Assembly: GCA_000934665.2 (NCBI GenBank) | Contig: KZ537994.1 | Location: 62,001 to 126,000, forward strand | Length of the DNA stretch: 64,000 bases | Reading direction: 5' to 3' | From: Catajapyx aquilonaris | Taxonomy: Eukaryota | Shown: one piece after another, positions 50,932-61,900 of the stretch | Layout of the letters: each line of letters starts with the position of its first letter | How positions within the stretch are numbered: the stretch's first letter is position 1 | Program-made: the position numbers and the translations under genes | Notes under the pieces: model-generated | Databases searched by the model: none | The model's input: the letters and a program-made list of their open reading frames with translations, nothing else | Told to the model about the DNA's origin: nothing

Positions 50932-53900
50932 TTACAACTTTGCCTGACTCTTCTTCAGAAGTTTGTCCAGCTTCATTGCCCTCATCATGTCCCCCTTGAT
51001 CTTCATCTTCCCAGACATGAACGATGCCGTTGATGTCTGCTTGCCTACGATACAAAAAATAGTAATGTAACACAGGAACAATATGCAGTAGTAATACACT
51101 ACTTATTACATGTTTCATAATCAATCATAATGCATTCATCCTTCAAATAGTAACGTCATCACAACAGGCAATAATGACTGTCAATGACAATATCAACCAT
51201 GCAACTAACAATTGAAGATGGGTGATTTTACTTCCTTTGGTATTTTAAAAAAACCTTCTGCACTCTACCTGTTAAAATCTTCAGAAATTCATCTCCATCA
51301 GTTTTAATGACCACGTCAGGTTTTTCACCAGCCTCACCCTCGATGACAGCACCAGAACCATTTTTCAGGTCTACTATCCACTTACCACCCTTGGAACCTG
51401 TCAAGAGGGCAGGAAAATAGTGTCGGTCACACTCTTCAGGAATCATGATCATAAAAATTGCTAGTATCATATTGTGGACATGCAAGTTATACATACCTTC
51501 AATATCAAAAAGAAATACTGTTTTTGTGCTAGACACCAGTTCAGGGTTGATCATGGCCTTCATCTTGGCCATGTAATCTTGAATTGGATTTCCTCCTGTT
51601 GCTCCAGAGGCCGTTGCAGCTTGCCTTTCAAGTGTGTTCCTCATCAGTTCTTCCTTCTTCTGCTGATCAATATCCATATCATCCAAGAAGAAATCAGGTG
51701 TCAACTCAGCTCCTGCCAAAGAGGACACGGATTAGAAGATTGCTCTGTGAATGAAACGTTTAATGCGTACCTGGTGATACTGCATATTGTTCCATGTCAG
51801 TGATGCCTTGTTCCCTCAAAATAACATCATCAATGACGAAGTTTCCAGTGAACTCAGTGGATTTCTTTGTCAGCACTGCATAAGCTGCATCAGCCATGAT
51901 TTCAGATTTTCTGCAGTTGGAGAGAACTGCCGCACCTCCAAGCATTTCCATGGCAGCAGTAGATATAGCTGGAATAAAAAGTTTCTTGATAGGACTACAA
52001 GCCACTAGACTTACTGCTATCATTTCTCACTGGTTTTATAGTGTACATATTGGGTGGAAATTTCGGCTCACTGAAAGTCACTGCTATCCTATCAGTACCA
52101 TTGCCAAGACTGGTACTGGTAAGTTAGCAGTGACTATCAGTGAGATGAAAATTCCACCCTTTATTTTAAATTGTATCAATTTAGGCTGTCTCTGCTTGAT
52201 AATTATTAGTTTTCACTACATTTTCTTACAGATTTCGATATATTCTTTAGCACATTGGTTTACACTGTACATCTCAGGTTCATTTACCTTGAGAATGCAC
52301 TGAAAATGATAAGGTATCAGTATCAGAAAGCTGACACCACAGAATCTTAACTTGTGTATTCAGAATAAAGCCTGAGCTCTTTGAGGTGAGACTCCTACAT
52401 AGTATTTTAATTGCTTGGATTTAGTGTTTAATTATTATTTGAACATTAATGTTTGAAAGTGACATGATAACATTCATACATATGCAAGAATTACATATGG
52501 CACTACACTAATGAGACTGATTTAAAATGGGATTGGCTAATTTTAAAGACTCGTCATACTTTCAATAATATCCACCTGTCACAAGGCTCTTTCAGTGGAT
52601 ATTACTGAATGAAACCATTACAGAAATAAGCCCACAAGACTTCTTCCTGGTCTTGTAACATTTAACTGCAGATTGTCAATAAATTTTTCCAACCAGATGC
52701 ATGACCCTTGGCGTCTATATCTTGAAACTGGCAAATAACAGGTGGCATGATATAGGTTACTGGCTGATACTTTACGTTAGACTGCATAAGGTATCGACAT
52801 TCTTCAACTGCCAAAAGGGGAAAAATCAGTATACCTGTCCTAGGCCAGAGAGCATTGACTGCAACTCCTTCGTCCTTCAACTCAGCAGACATTCCCAGAA
52901 CACACATGGACATCCCATATTTAGCCATGGTGTAGGCCACATGGTTCTTAAACCAGAATGGATTCATGTTGAGAGGTGGGCTGATGTTGAGAATGTGAGG
53001 ATTTTTTGACTTGACCAAGTAAGGGATGCATGCTTTGGACCTGAAATGAAATGTGATATACAAATTATCAGTAAAATAACCTGCACAAAAAATCACAAGA
53101 AGGAGGGACTTACACAAGGAAAGTGCCTCGGGTGTTGATGCTGTGCATGAGGTCATAACGCTTCATGTCAGTCATGGTAGTACCAGTAAGAGAAATAGCA
53201 CTGGCATTGTTCACAAGTATGTCAATGTTGCCAAATTTATTGACAGCATTCTCCACAGCTGCGTTGACCTGCTTCTCATCTCGAACATCAACAACACATG
53301 GGAGGGCTTTTCCACCAGCATCTTCAACTGCAAAAGAACAAAAGTAGACACACCTTTATGGATGATTTTAAATACTACAAATTCCCTTTATTTACAATAT
53401 ACTGGACAATCCAAATGAAAGCAGAAAATATTTAATATTCTGACACGTGTGATGGACTCAAATTGGGCCAATTATCATGCTGTTGTTTTAAGTTTACCTT
53501 TTAAAGCAAGTAGTGATTTTACTTACATTTACTATGAGAACCACCAGTTCAGCAAATGCCAGTAAAGTCACTTTAACTAAAGCCTATCTGCAGTGAGGGG
53601 AGAGAAACAGCATTTGCAAAATATACCTTAAGGAGGAAAAAGTACGTTCAAGGCTAACTTTTTACAGACTTTCTACTTAACATGCAAATTTAAAAATCAA
53701 ATTTCAATAACTTAAATTATCCCCTTTTGTACAACCACCTGCAAAGATTCTTCAACAGAGCAGAAAAACGATGGATGTATGTCATCTTAACATATCACGA
53801 CTAATGTTATGCAGTCTAAGACTTCTAGCTCAGTGATCATTCTAATGAAACAACACAGTGTAAGAAATTTATGTGTTTAAATTTGAAATGTCACATTATG

Positions 53901-54820
53901 CACTACACGACATATTAACCTAAACCTACTTTATTGGGAAACAACATTGTCCAGTGGAAACAACTGACACCAAACAGATGCAGGGTTATGCACATGCCAG
54001 AGAACAGACCTCTCTTGTTTAAGAAAAAATGGTCTGGTCTATTATGATAAGCTTATGACTCTCTTAGTGACTTTCTAGGAAAATTCACCCCACCTACGTC
54101 AGCAAAATTGACACTGACTGCAGTTCTGAGCATTAATCCTTCAATGTATGCACACCTCAGCCATTGGTTATGTAACGAGTTTGTGTTTTTCACAAACTAC
54201 GAAATGTGAAAAGATTCATTGCCTGAGTTGCATAATACTCGTACTAAACCTCTGATAACATCAGTGATGCTCGAATACTTCAATATCATCAGTAAGGTAT
54301 AATCTGCCACCTGATTACATAGCATGCTATTGAAACCATATAAAGCCAACACTTTTAATTTCAGCGAGGCAAAGAAGGCTGCAATGCACACGTCTTGTTT
54401 TAATTGATGCGCAGTTGTAATTCCAGATCAGTACTGTGTAAATTATAATCTCAAAACACTGAATTAAGAGATGCTTAAGTTAAGCTAAGAAATCTCTAAC
54501 ATAGTGAACGACTCACTTTCCTTGGCCGCAGTGAAAATTGTCCCAGGCAGTTTAGGATGTGGCTCAGCAGTCTTGGCCGCAATAACAATGTTGGCTCCAT
54601 CCTTGGCAGCCTTCAGAGCTATAGCCTTTCCAATCCCACGACTAGCTCCAGTGATAAACAGGGTCTGACCGGCCAACTTCCTGTGAATCCAAACGACAAC
54701 TCTTTTACTATTTTCCTACATTAATGCCACTTGCATTACAGTACTCCCCTGGTGTACAAAGGTTTAGTGGCCAGCTGCAAAAGTAATGTCAAGTCATTCT
54801 TACCCAGTGTTCTGCAGCAT
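50932..54820 (-). CDS. HSDL2: Hydroxysteroid dehydrogenase-like protein 2 (SDR + SCP2 domains, 8 exons, 418 aa, PTS1)
   Basis: Exons 54820-54804, 54680-54517, 53327-53114, 53040-52835, 51968-51771, 51712-51497, 51397-51269, 51044-50932, all GT-AG and in phase. MLQNTGKLAGQTLFITGASRGIGKAIALKAAKDGANI (TGxxxGxG), NNASAI, YTMAK (YxxxK), SCP2 domain (W.VDLKNGSG..FMSGKMKIKGD), C-terminal AKL. Confidence 0.96.
52052..52159. mobile_element. Short palindromic MITE (same family as 40333-40430), in an HSDL2 intron
   Basis: gggtggaaatttcggctcactgaaagtcactgcta ... tagcagtgactatcagtgagatgaaaattccaccc. Confidence 0.7.
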
Positions 54821-55557
54821 GATGGCTTGTTCTTAGTGCAACTACGGCTGTGTGTCCAACGACCTCTGATCCTACGTGGGCAGGCGACACGGCTACTTAT
54901 ATCAGTCGAACAGTTCTATCAGGATGACCCCCCTCCTTATCTTCTTCTCCCGGCGGGTTGTTTTCTTCCCGTTGGCAGGCCGGGTTCAGAAGGGAAGGTT
55001 GTACCCGCGGACCCCTGACTCACACGCTCCAGTTGCATCACTACGAAACGAACGATGCACCAATCGGAAGACAACATTCCACAAAAAAATATCCACTGAC
55101 ACATGCGCATTGACATGCAACTTGGTTGTGTAAACCGGCCCTGTGTGGCATTGAAGTCACGTAGCTGCGATAATTCGCAGGTTGGACTTAGTAGCCGTTC
55201 CTAGTCAAAAGCGACTACTTTTCAGTGTGTGTGTGTGTTGTTCAATATTTTATGATAATAATAATGATGGTCCTGTTGACCCCATAGCATAACTTGGCCC
55301 TGGGTGGGCATGATCTTGAGAGTGGTTGTGAGATAAGGATAATCAGTGCGTCTTGTAATCTGCTGGTAGAAATAATCGCACTGCATGCATTATTATTATT
55401 AGACAGGTGCCAACATTATTTTTGTATTAAAATTTTTATCTCCTGGGCCATGCTACTGGCAGATTGATGCATATTGCACAAGGTCAAAATCACGCTAGAA
55501 ATGCGCTACAATTTTTCAAATGCTCTGTAAACCTCTGTCTGTAAAAATTGTGTATTA

Positions 55558-55707
55558 AGGCCATTTCACAAAAAAAATGTCGCGCGGCAAACGGCGCGAC
55601 TTGCGGCAAATTTTTATTTATATTTATTGTTGCCAATTGTTGGCAACAATAAAATTTGCCGCAAGTCGCGCCGTTTGCCGCGCGACATTTTTTTTGTGAA
55701 ATGGCCT
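55558..55707. mobile_element. PIF/Harbinger (Tourist-like) MITE, almost fully palindromic
   Basis: About 55-bp arms aggccatttcacaaaaaaaatgtcgcgcggcaaacggcgcgacttgcggcaaattt and its reverse complement; TTA TSD at 55555-55557 and 55708-55710. Confidence 0.85.
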
Positions 55708-55924
55708 TTATAGGCCTACCAATTATTTTACTGGTATCCCATTTTCTGCTTCAAGCCCTACTATTGTTGCCATATGTCAAAAATGATAGCAACGGTGTTT
55801 GTTGACATTGTTATGCTCAAGGGAAATGAATTTACTGATTGAAGAGGCTATTTTTACTGAGAGCCCATGAAAAAGAGGCAAATACCATCCTTCTTGGTCC
55901 CCAAATCACCCGAGAGCAGGAGAC

Positions 55925-58900
55925 ATGGAAGTAAGTTATTATTACCAAATCAATCTCCATTTCGGATTATACAATACAGTCTCTTCAGGCTCCGGGCAGG
56001 ACTCCGCGCCTGAAGGAGAGCTTACTGGACAGGTTCGGCATGATAATGTGCAAGAACCTGATCCACAGGAAGCGCTATTGGCCCCTCACACTTCTGGAGA
56101 TATTTGGTCCCATCCTAATGGCCTTATTCATCATGTATTTGGGATGTAAAACTCCTCTCTACAAGACAGAAACCCTCGACGATAAGTTGTTTTCCCCATC
56201 CCAAAACCTGTACCAACGCTGGAGTCCTGATGACGATACATTGCCGTCGCTTCTATGGGCACAATCTTCAATAGATGAGTCGGTTCCTCCAGTTGTAAAT
56301 GTTTCCGGGGGATTCAAGGTTATGTACTATCCCAACAGCACATTTGCATATGATATGTTGAAACCGCTGAAAGACAAGTTCCCCAAGGAAGTCGGTAAGA
56401 AAGTAGAATTGTAACACAAAAGCTTTTGTCCATGTGTGACCTGACTATTATGGTTGCAGAACTGATTGGCCTGCAATCTGAGAGGTGTGTTTATGAAAAG
56501 ATCGCTCAGAACTATTTTATAAAGGGTGACCAAAATCTCAAAGGAGCAGTGTTGTTTGATGTGGAGGAGGGGTGGAACGAAACGGAACTGCCTGCAAAAC
56601 TATCATACACACTGAGGTTTCCCATACACATGGTTGATACGCGAAGATTGCACCTTCCGTGGTACATCTCAGCGGAAAGTGTTGCTAAGTCAGGTAACTT
56701 GTAGTTTTAATGATTCCTCAGACTTTAAAATAAGAAGGGTTCTTTATATAGCATTATATGAAATAGAAGCCCAGAACTGAAAACTGTCCAAATTTGTTAA
56801 GAAGCAACGTGGTGAGATTGATTAACACACTTACTTTTCAGAACAGCGTTACATAGAGTCAGGAATGCTTCTGGTTCAGACGACCCTTAATGAGGCATTT
56901 ATTAGAGCACATAGGCGTCAGCCTTCTGGGAAGGGAACCCCTGAAACCAATGATTCCGCCATAAAAAGCACCGTAGTTCTTCAGGTAGGCAGGGTGAATG
57001 GCGACATATTGCACTGACACTTTTTCAATATCACTGCATAAATTTTTTTTACAAATCCCACTCTTGCATTTTATTACCCAGGCTGACACAAGGAGGATCC
57101 CCTTTCCAAGCATGAATATTCGACTTAAGTCGAACGAAGATCTCACCCATGCGACATACTTCGAATCGCACTTTCCGTACAGCCTGCTACTCCACTGGCC
57201 TATTCTGGCTTATGGAATAGCATATGAGAAGGAAAGAGGGATCGAGGTTCGTCACGAATAATGCTTTTGCCCCTTTTTAGAAAATTAACCACACTTATTT
57301 CGTTCACAGGTGATGTTAAGGTTCCTGAAGGTGGGACACTTCATGCGGATCTTCTCCTGGATGCTCAACTCTTTGATGACATTGGTTCCTGCCATTATGG
57401 TATCATCAGTGTTTCTCACCACGAATCTTAAGACGGACACTAGCTTTGATTTCGTGTCGGTGACGCTGCTGGGTATCACCCTGCTTCTGTATTCTACAGC
57501 CAGCATTTGCCTTACTCTTGTCATTAGTTCTGGTAGTGCAGGTGGTTAGTAACATGCCTGAGTATATACAGTCAAATTTTTTAATAGTGAACGAAAGTGA
57601 ACAGAAAATTTGTGTAATATTTCCAGCCTTCACGTCTGCTATAGCAGTAGTTTCTGTGTGGTTGGGAGCCATAGTGTTTTCGTCGTTCTATGTCGGTCCA
57701 TACTACTTCTGGATTCCATATCCGTGGAAAATTGTGTACGCTTCGCTGCATCCCAACGTCGCACTCTTCGTGGCTCTCAGGACAATTTTCCTCTACTACA
57801 TCAATGGCATGTATAGTAGGCTACTTCGCGTCTCTTTGATCCCGAAATGTGTCTCTCGACACTTCATCTTGAAAACACATTGTTTTTCCCATTGCAGGAG
57901 ACAACTTGGACTGGAAAAACGTCGCCCAGGAAGCAGAGATAGTCATTGACGACTTCGTAATCAAGCCTGACGACATCAACATGATGACAGTGCTGATCAT
58001 CCTTGGTGTCCAGTCGGGCGTGTACTTGATCCTGCTGGTCCTCACCCTTTGGTTAGGTGCCACGCCCTTTGGGCTGGTCGGACGATTACTGAACTGGATG
58101 GCAAGTATCAGCTTCTTTCCTCTTTTTTTTTGAAGAATTTTGGTGGAATTTCTGTTACGTTTCTACATTCCCGGTGACAGTGGGTGTGTGGAGGGAGGTC
58201 AGACCAAGCACTGAAGGAGTCACTGAAGTCAGAGGCGAGTGAAGGGGATGACGAGATGGTGCCCCCTATTTTGGGTTGGGGTCCAGCAATGGAGCCCACC
58301 CCGGAGAACATGAGGCCTGCGGTGGCTGTGGAGGACCTGAAGGCGTACTCCAAAAAGGGCAGCAATGAAGGTCCTCTTTCCATCAAGCACATTAACTTAG
58401 TGGCGATGGAAGGCCAACTCACCTTCCTTCTGGGACGCAAGCACGGGGAGAACAGCCTGTGCCTGAAAGTCTTGGCAGGTGAGATGCTGTTGTGCGATGG
58501 TCAAACTATTAATATTTGTCTGAAATTTTATTTTATTTTATTTTCCTTTTTGCAGGCTTGCACGAGCCAGTGTCGGGCAAGGTGCTGATAGCTAAAGGTA
58601 CCGACGGGTCGCTGAATCCTATCGTCAACTACGTCTCAGGATCGAGGTGTTTCTTTGGATCGCTCACAGTTCGAGAGAATCTCATGTTCTTTGCAGTGGT
58701 GAGTCACGCATGAATTTGGAACTTCATTTGGAGCTTTTCAAAAATCGCATTGCACTTGCAATGTGGAAAAATTGCACGTTTAATGGGCAGAACTTGTTCG
58801 CAGATGAGAGGCCTGCCGCTGAAGTCGTTAACAATGACAGTGCAAGACATGGAGGAGAAATTCTCTCTGCTGCACCTGAGCAATGTGCTGGCCTCGAACC

Positions 58901-61900
58901 TTCCAGATATTATGCAGTGCAGGCTCAGCATTTGCATAGGCCTGATGGGCAAGCCAAAGGTACAGTGCATAATTCTTCAGACCCAAAGTGGCTTCCAAAG
59001 GGCCATATACCGAATTGTGCCGACTTATAACACGATTTAATTTCAGATACTCTTACTAGATGAGCCCACAGCCGACCTCAGTCCATCAATTCGGAGCATC
59101 GTCTGGGAATGCCTCCAGGTAATGCATCTCTTATACCAGAACTTTTCTGCGCGGTTTTTCACATCGCCGTGAATTAAAGCAAAACTCTCTTGCAATGCAC
59201 TCAGACTGCTCCCTCCGGAATGGCTGTGATTGTGAGCACCAGCAGCATGGATGAAGCTTTGACAAACGCAGACAGAGTAGCGCTGATCGCCAGGGGACGC
59301 ATGCGCTGCTGTGGTTCACCTCGATTTGTCACCACGCACTTGGGTAAATATTGAAACTTAAGGCTAGACACCATAGGCATGCCAAGGTCATCTGTCGCAG
59401 TCGCAGCATTTTGCAAAAACATATTTCGTTTGGTTCGCTCTCTAAGGCGATGGCATTGATTATGATGGGCCTTATGTTAAGAAACATGTATGTTAAGAAA
59501 GTACTTTTTTCGATATTTGCAATATGCATGTGCTTGATACTTTGGCACGAAAGAAAGTCTCCTTTCACCTGCAATCATGCAGCAGGTGCAATGGACTGTA
59601 GGCTACACCAAACATCATGTCAGCACAGCTCACCACCACTTTTCATCCTGTAAGTTGGGCCGCCCGGCTAACGAATTTGCAGGTTGGGTTGCCCCGAACA
59701 GTCAGGATAACTACCTGCTTGTACTGTACAGTACAGTCAATAATGTAAATACGTACTGCCATACTGTCCTGTACCGTACAATAGTTCAGATTACATTTCA
59801 GACTGACGGCCTTCGAGTTAGGTTTGGTCTGTTGAACATCACGTTTACTTCGTCGTCGTTCCCTCCATCCACCATTCTTTTCAACATAGCACAGCATCAT
59901 AATAATTATGATTCGTCAGGGCTATACTTTTGATAAAACCCTGATTGTTCATGCAGTTCATGATTGATAGTGCAAAACAGAAATATACTTCCAGGATTTG
60001 TCCGTTGCTCCTGTTACAGACCAATACATGCAATCTCCCCCCCTTTTTTAAAAAAATGCCCCCATATCTGCATGATTTCAAAATGGTAATTGCCAGGAGC
60101 TGGATACATGCTGCGGGTGGGCAAAGGCGCCTCGTGCCAGGTGAAAGTGGTGGCCCAGGTGGTGAAGGGCTACATCCCTGACAGCCGCCGGGAGGAGAAG
60201 ATCGAGGTGGAGGCGAACCACGAGCTGGCCTTCTTCCTGCCCAACGAGGAGAGGCTGCACATCTCCCCTCTCATCGACGCCCTGTATGCGCAATCAGAAG
60301 CCCTGGGCGTCTCCTACGTGCGGGTGCAGTACGTTCATTTGAAGGACTTGTACCACCGGTCAGTACAAATAATAATTAAGAAGCACAGGACGGGTAAGCC
60401 ATGGGATTCCATTCACATCTTTCAGGTACGAAGGTGCCGATGTGCCGCCTCCAGATTCTCCATTCTCCTCCTCGAGGGCAGAGGATCTTGATGAAGCTGA
60501 GACAGCGACCTCCTTGGCCGGTGCTCTCAAACTGGTCGCTAGAACGATGAACATGCAGTTCTGGGTTCTTATCCGGAAGTCCTTCTTGCACCTCATGCGC
60601 TGGAGCGGACTCATTGCGACACAGGTGGGTTATAGGCCTCATTACCAACGAATCAAAAAGGTTATCTCCGTCTGATTAATTTTCTCCTCAGTACTTGATT
60701 CTTTTCGGCTTTGCGACCATGAGCACTTTCACGACGCGTGGGGTGGAGATGATAGCCCCGCTTCTGTCGGCGCCGACCATGAACATGAGCACCACGGGGT
60801 ACGACAGACCGTGGATCGTGATGGACACTTCGGGGAATCCGAGCGATTCCTTCGGCCAATTTTACAAAGCCGAGCTGGATACGTACGCAGGGAACCGGAA
60901 GATCGAGAACAGCTACGCCAACCTGGAGACGGGCTTTAAGGAGCTGGGCAAGCATAAGCTCCAGTACGCGCAGCACTGCCTGGGAGGCGCCGACTTCAGC
61001 AAGGAGGACAACGGCGACTTCAATTACACGGTGTGGTACAACCCGTACTACCCTCACAGCGCAGCCCTGGGCATCAACTGGGTCAGCAACGCCAGGCTCA
61101 AGTACTTCACCAAATCGAGGAGTGTTTCCATCGACACCCAGATCCATCCAGTGGAGGACATCCAAACGGTGCTGGTACGTCATGTCCACACGTGCATAGT
61201 GTTGCTATACAGTAAAGTCATAGGTAGAGGGGCGGGGGAGATAGAGGGGACGGAAATGGGACATACCGACAAACTTTCCCTTTTATATACCGGTTTAAGA
61301 TCAGCGACTTCCAACTTGACACGTATACCCCTTTCGTATTTGCAGACTCACTTCATAGATGCAGTGCCGTTCAGGGACATTGACCGAAACGCCATGATGT
61401 CGTCTCTGTGGCTGGCAATAGGACTCATACAGCTGGTGTCCGGATTCGTGGCAGCTCCGGCCCAGGAGCAGCGCACCTTGTCCGCCAAGGTGCAAAAGCT
61501 GTCCGGCATTGGTCCGTGCATGTTCTGGATCACGCGCCTCTTCAGTGACTTCCTCTGGTGGATACCGGCTACGGCAGGGGTTCTCTTAATATTGATCCTA
61601 GGAGATAGCCACGACCACTTTGACGACCTCGAGTACCTTGGTGAGGATCACTCCGGACTTGCCCGTTTTATATCATATGATGATCAGAATCTCATTTTTG
61701 TCGAAATTATTCAAATCAGATGTGTATTCGTAATTATTTTCTATTCTGCAGCTGCGGCAGCCATGTTACTTCTCCTCTACGGATGTTCTGCCCTTGTATT
61801 TGGGTATTTCTTCAGCTTCTGTTGCAACACTCAGCATTTCAGCGCAAAATCGAGCGTCATGTTCCTCATCCTTTTCCACCTTTGGACAGGTAAGACTCCC

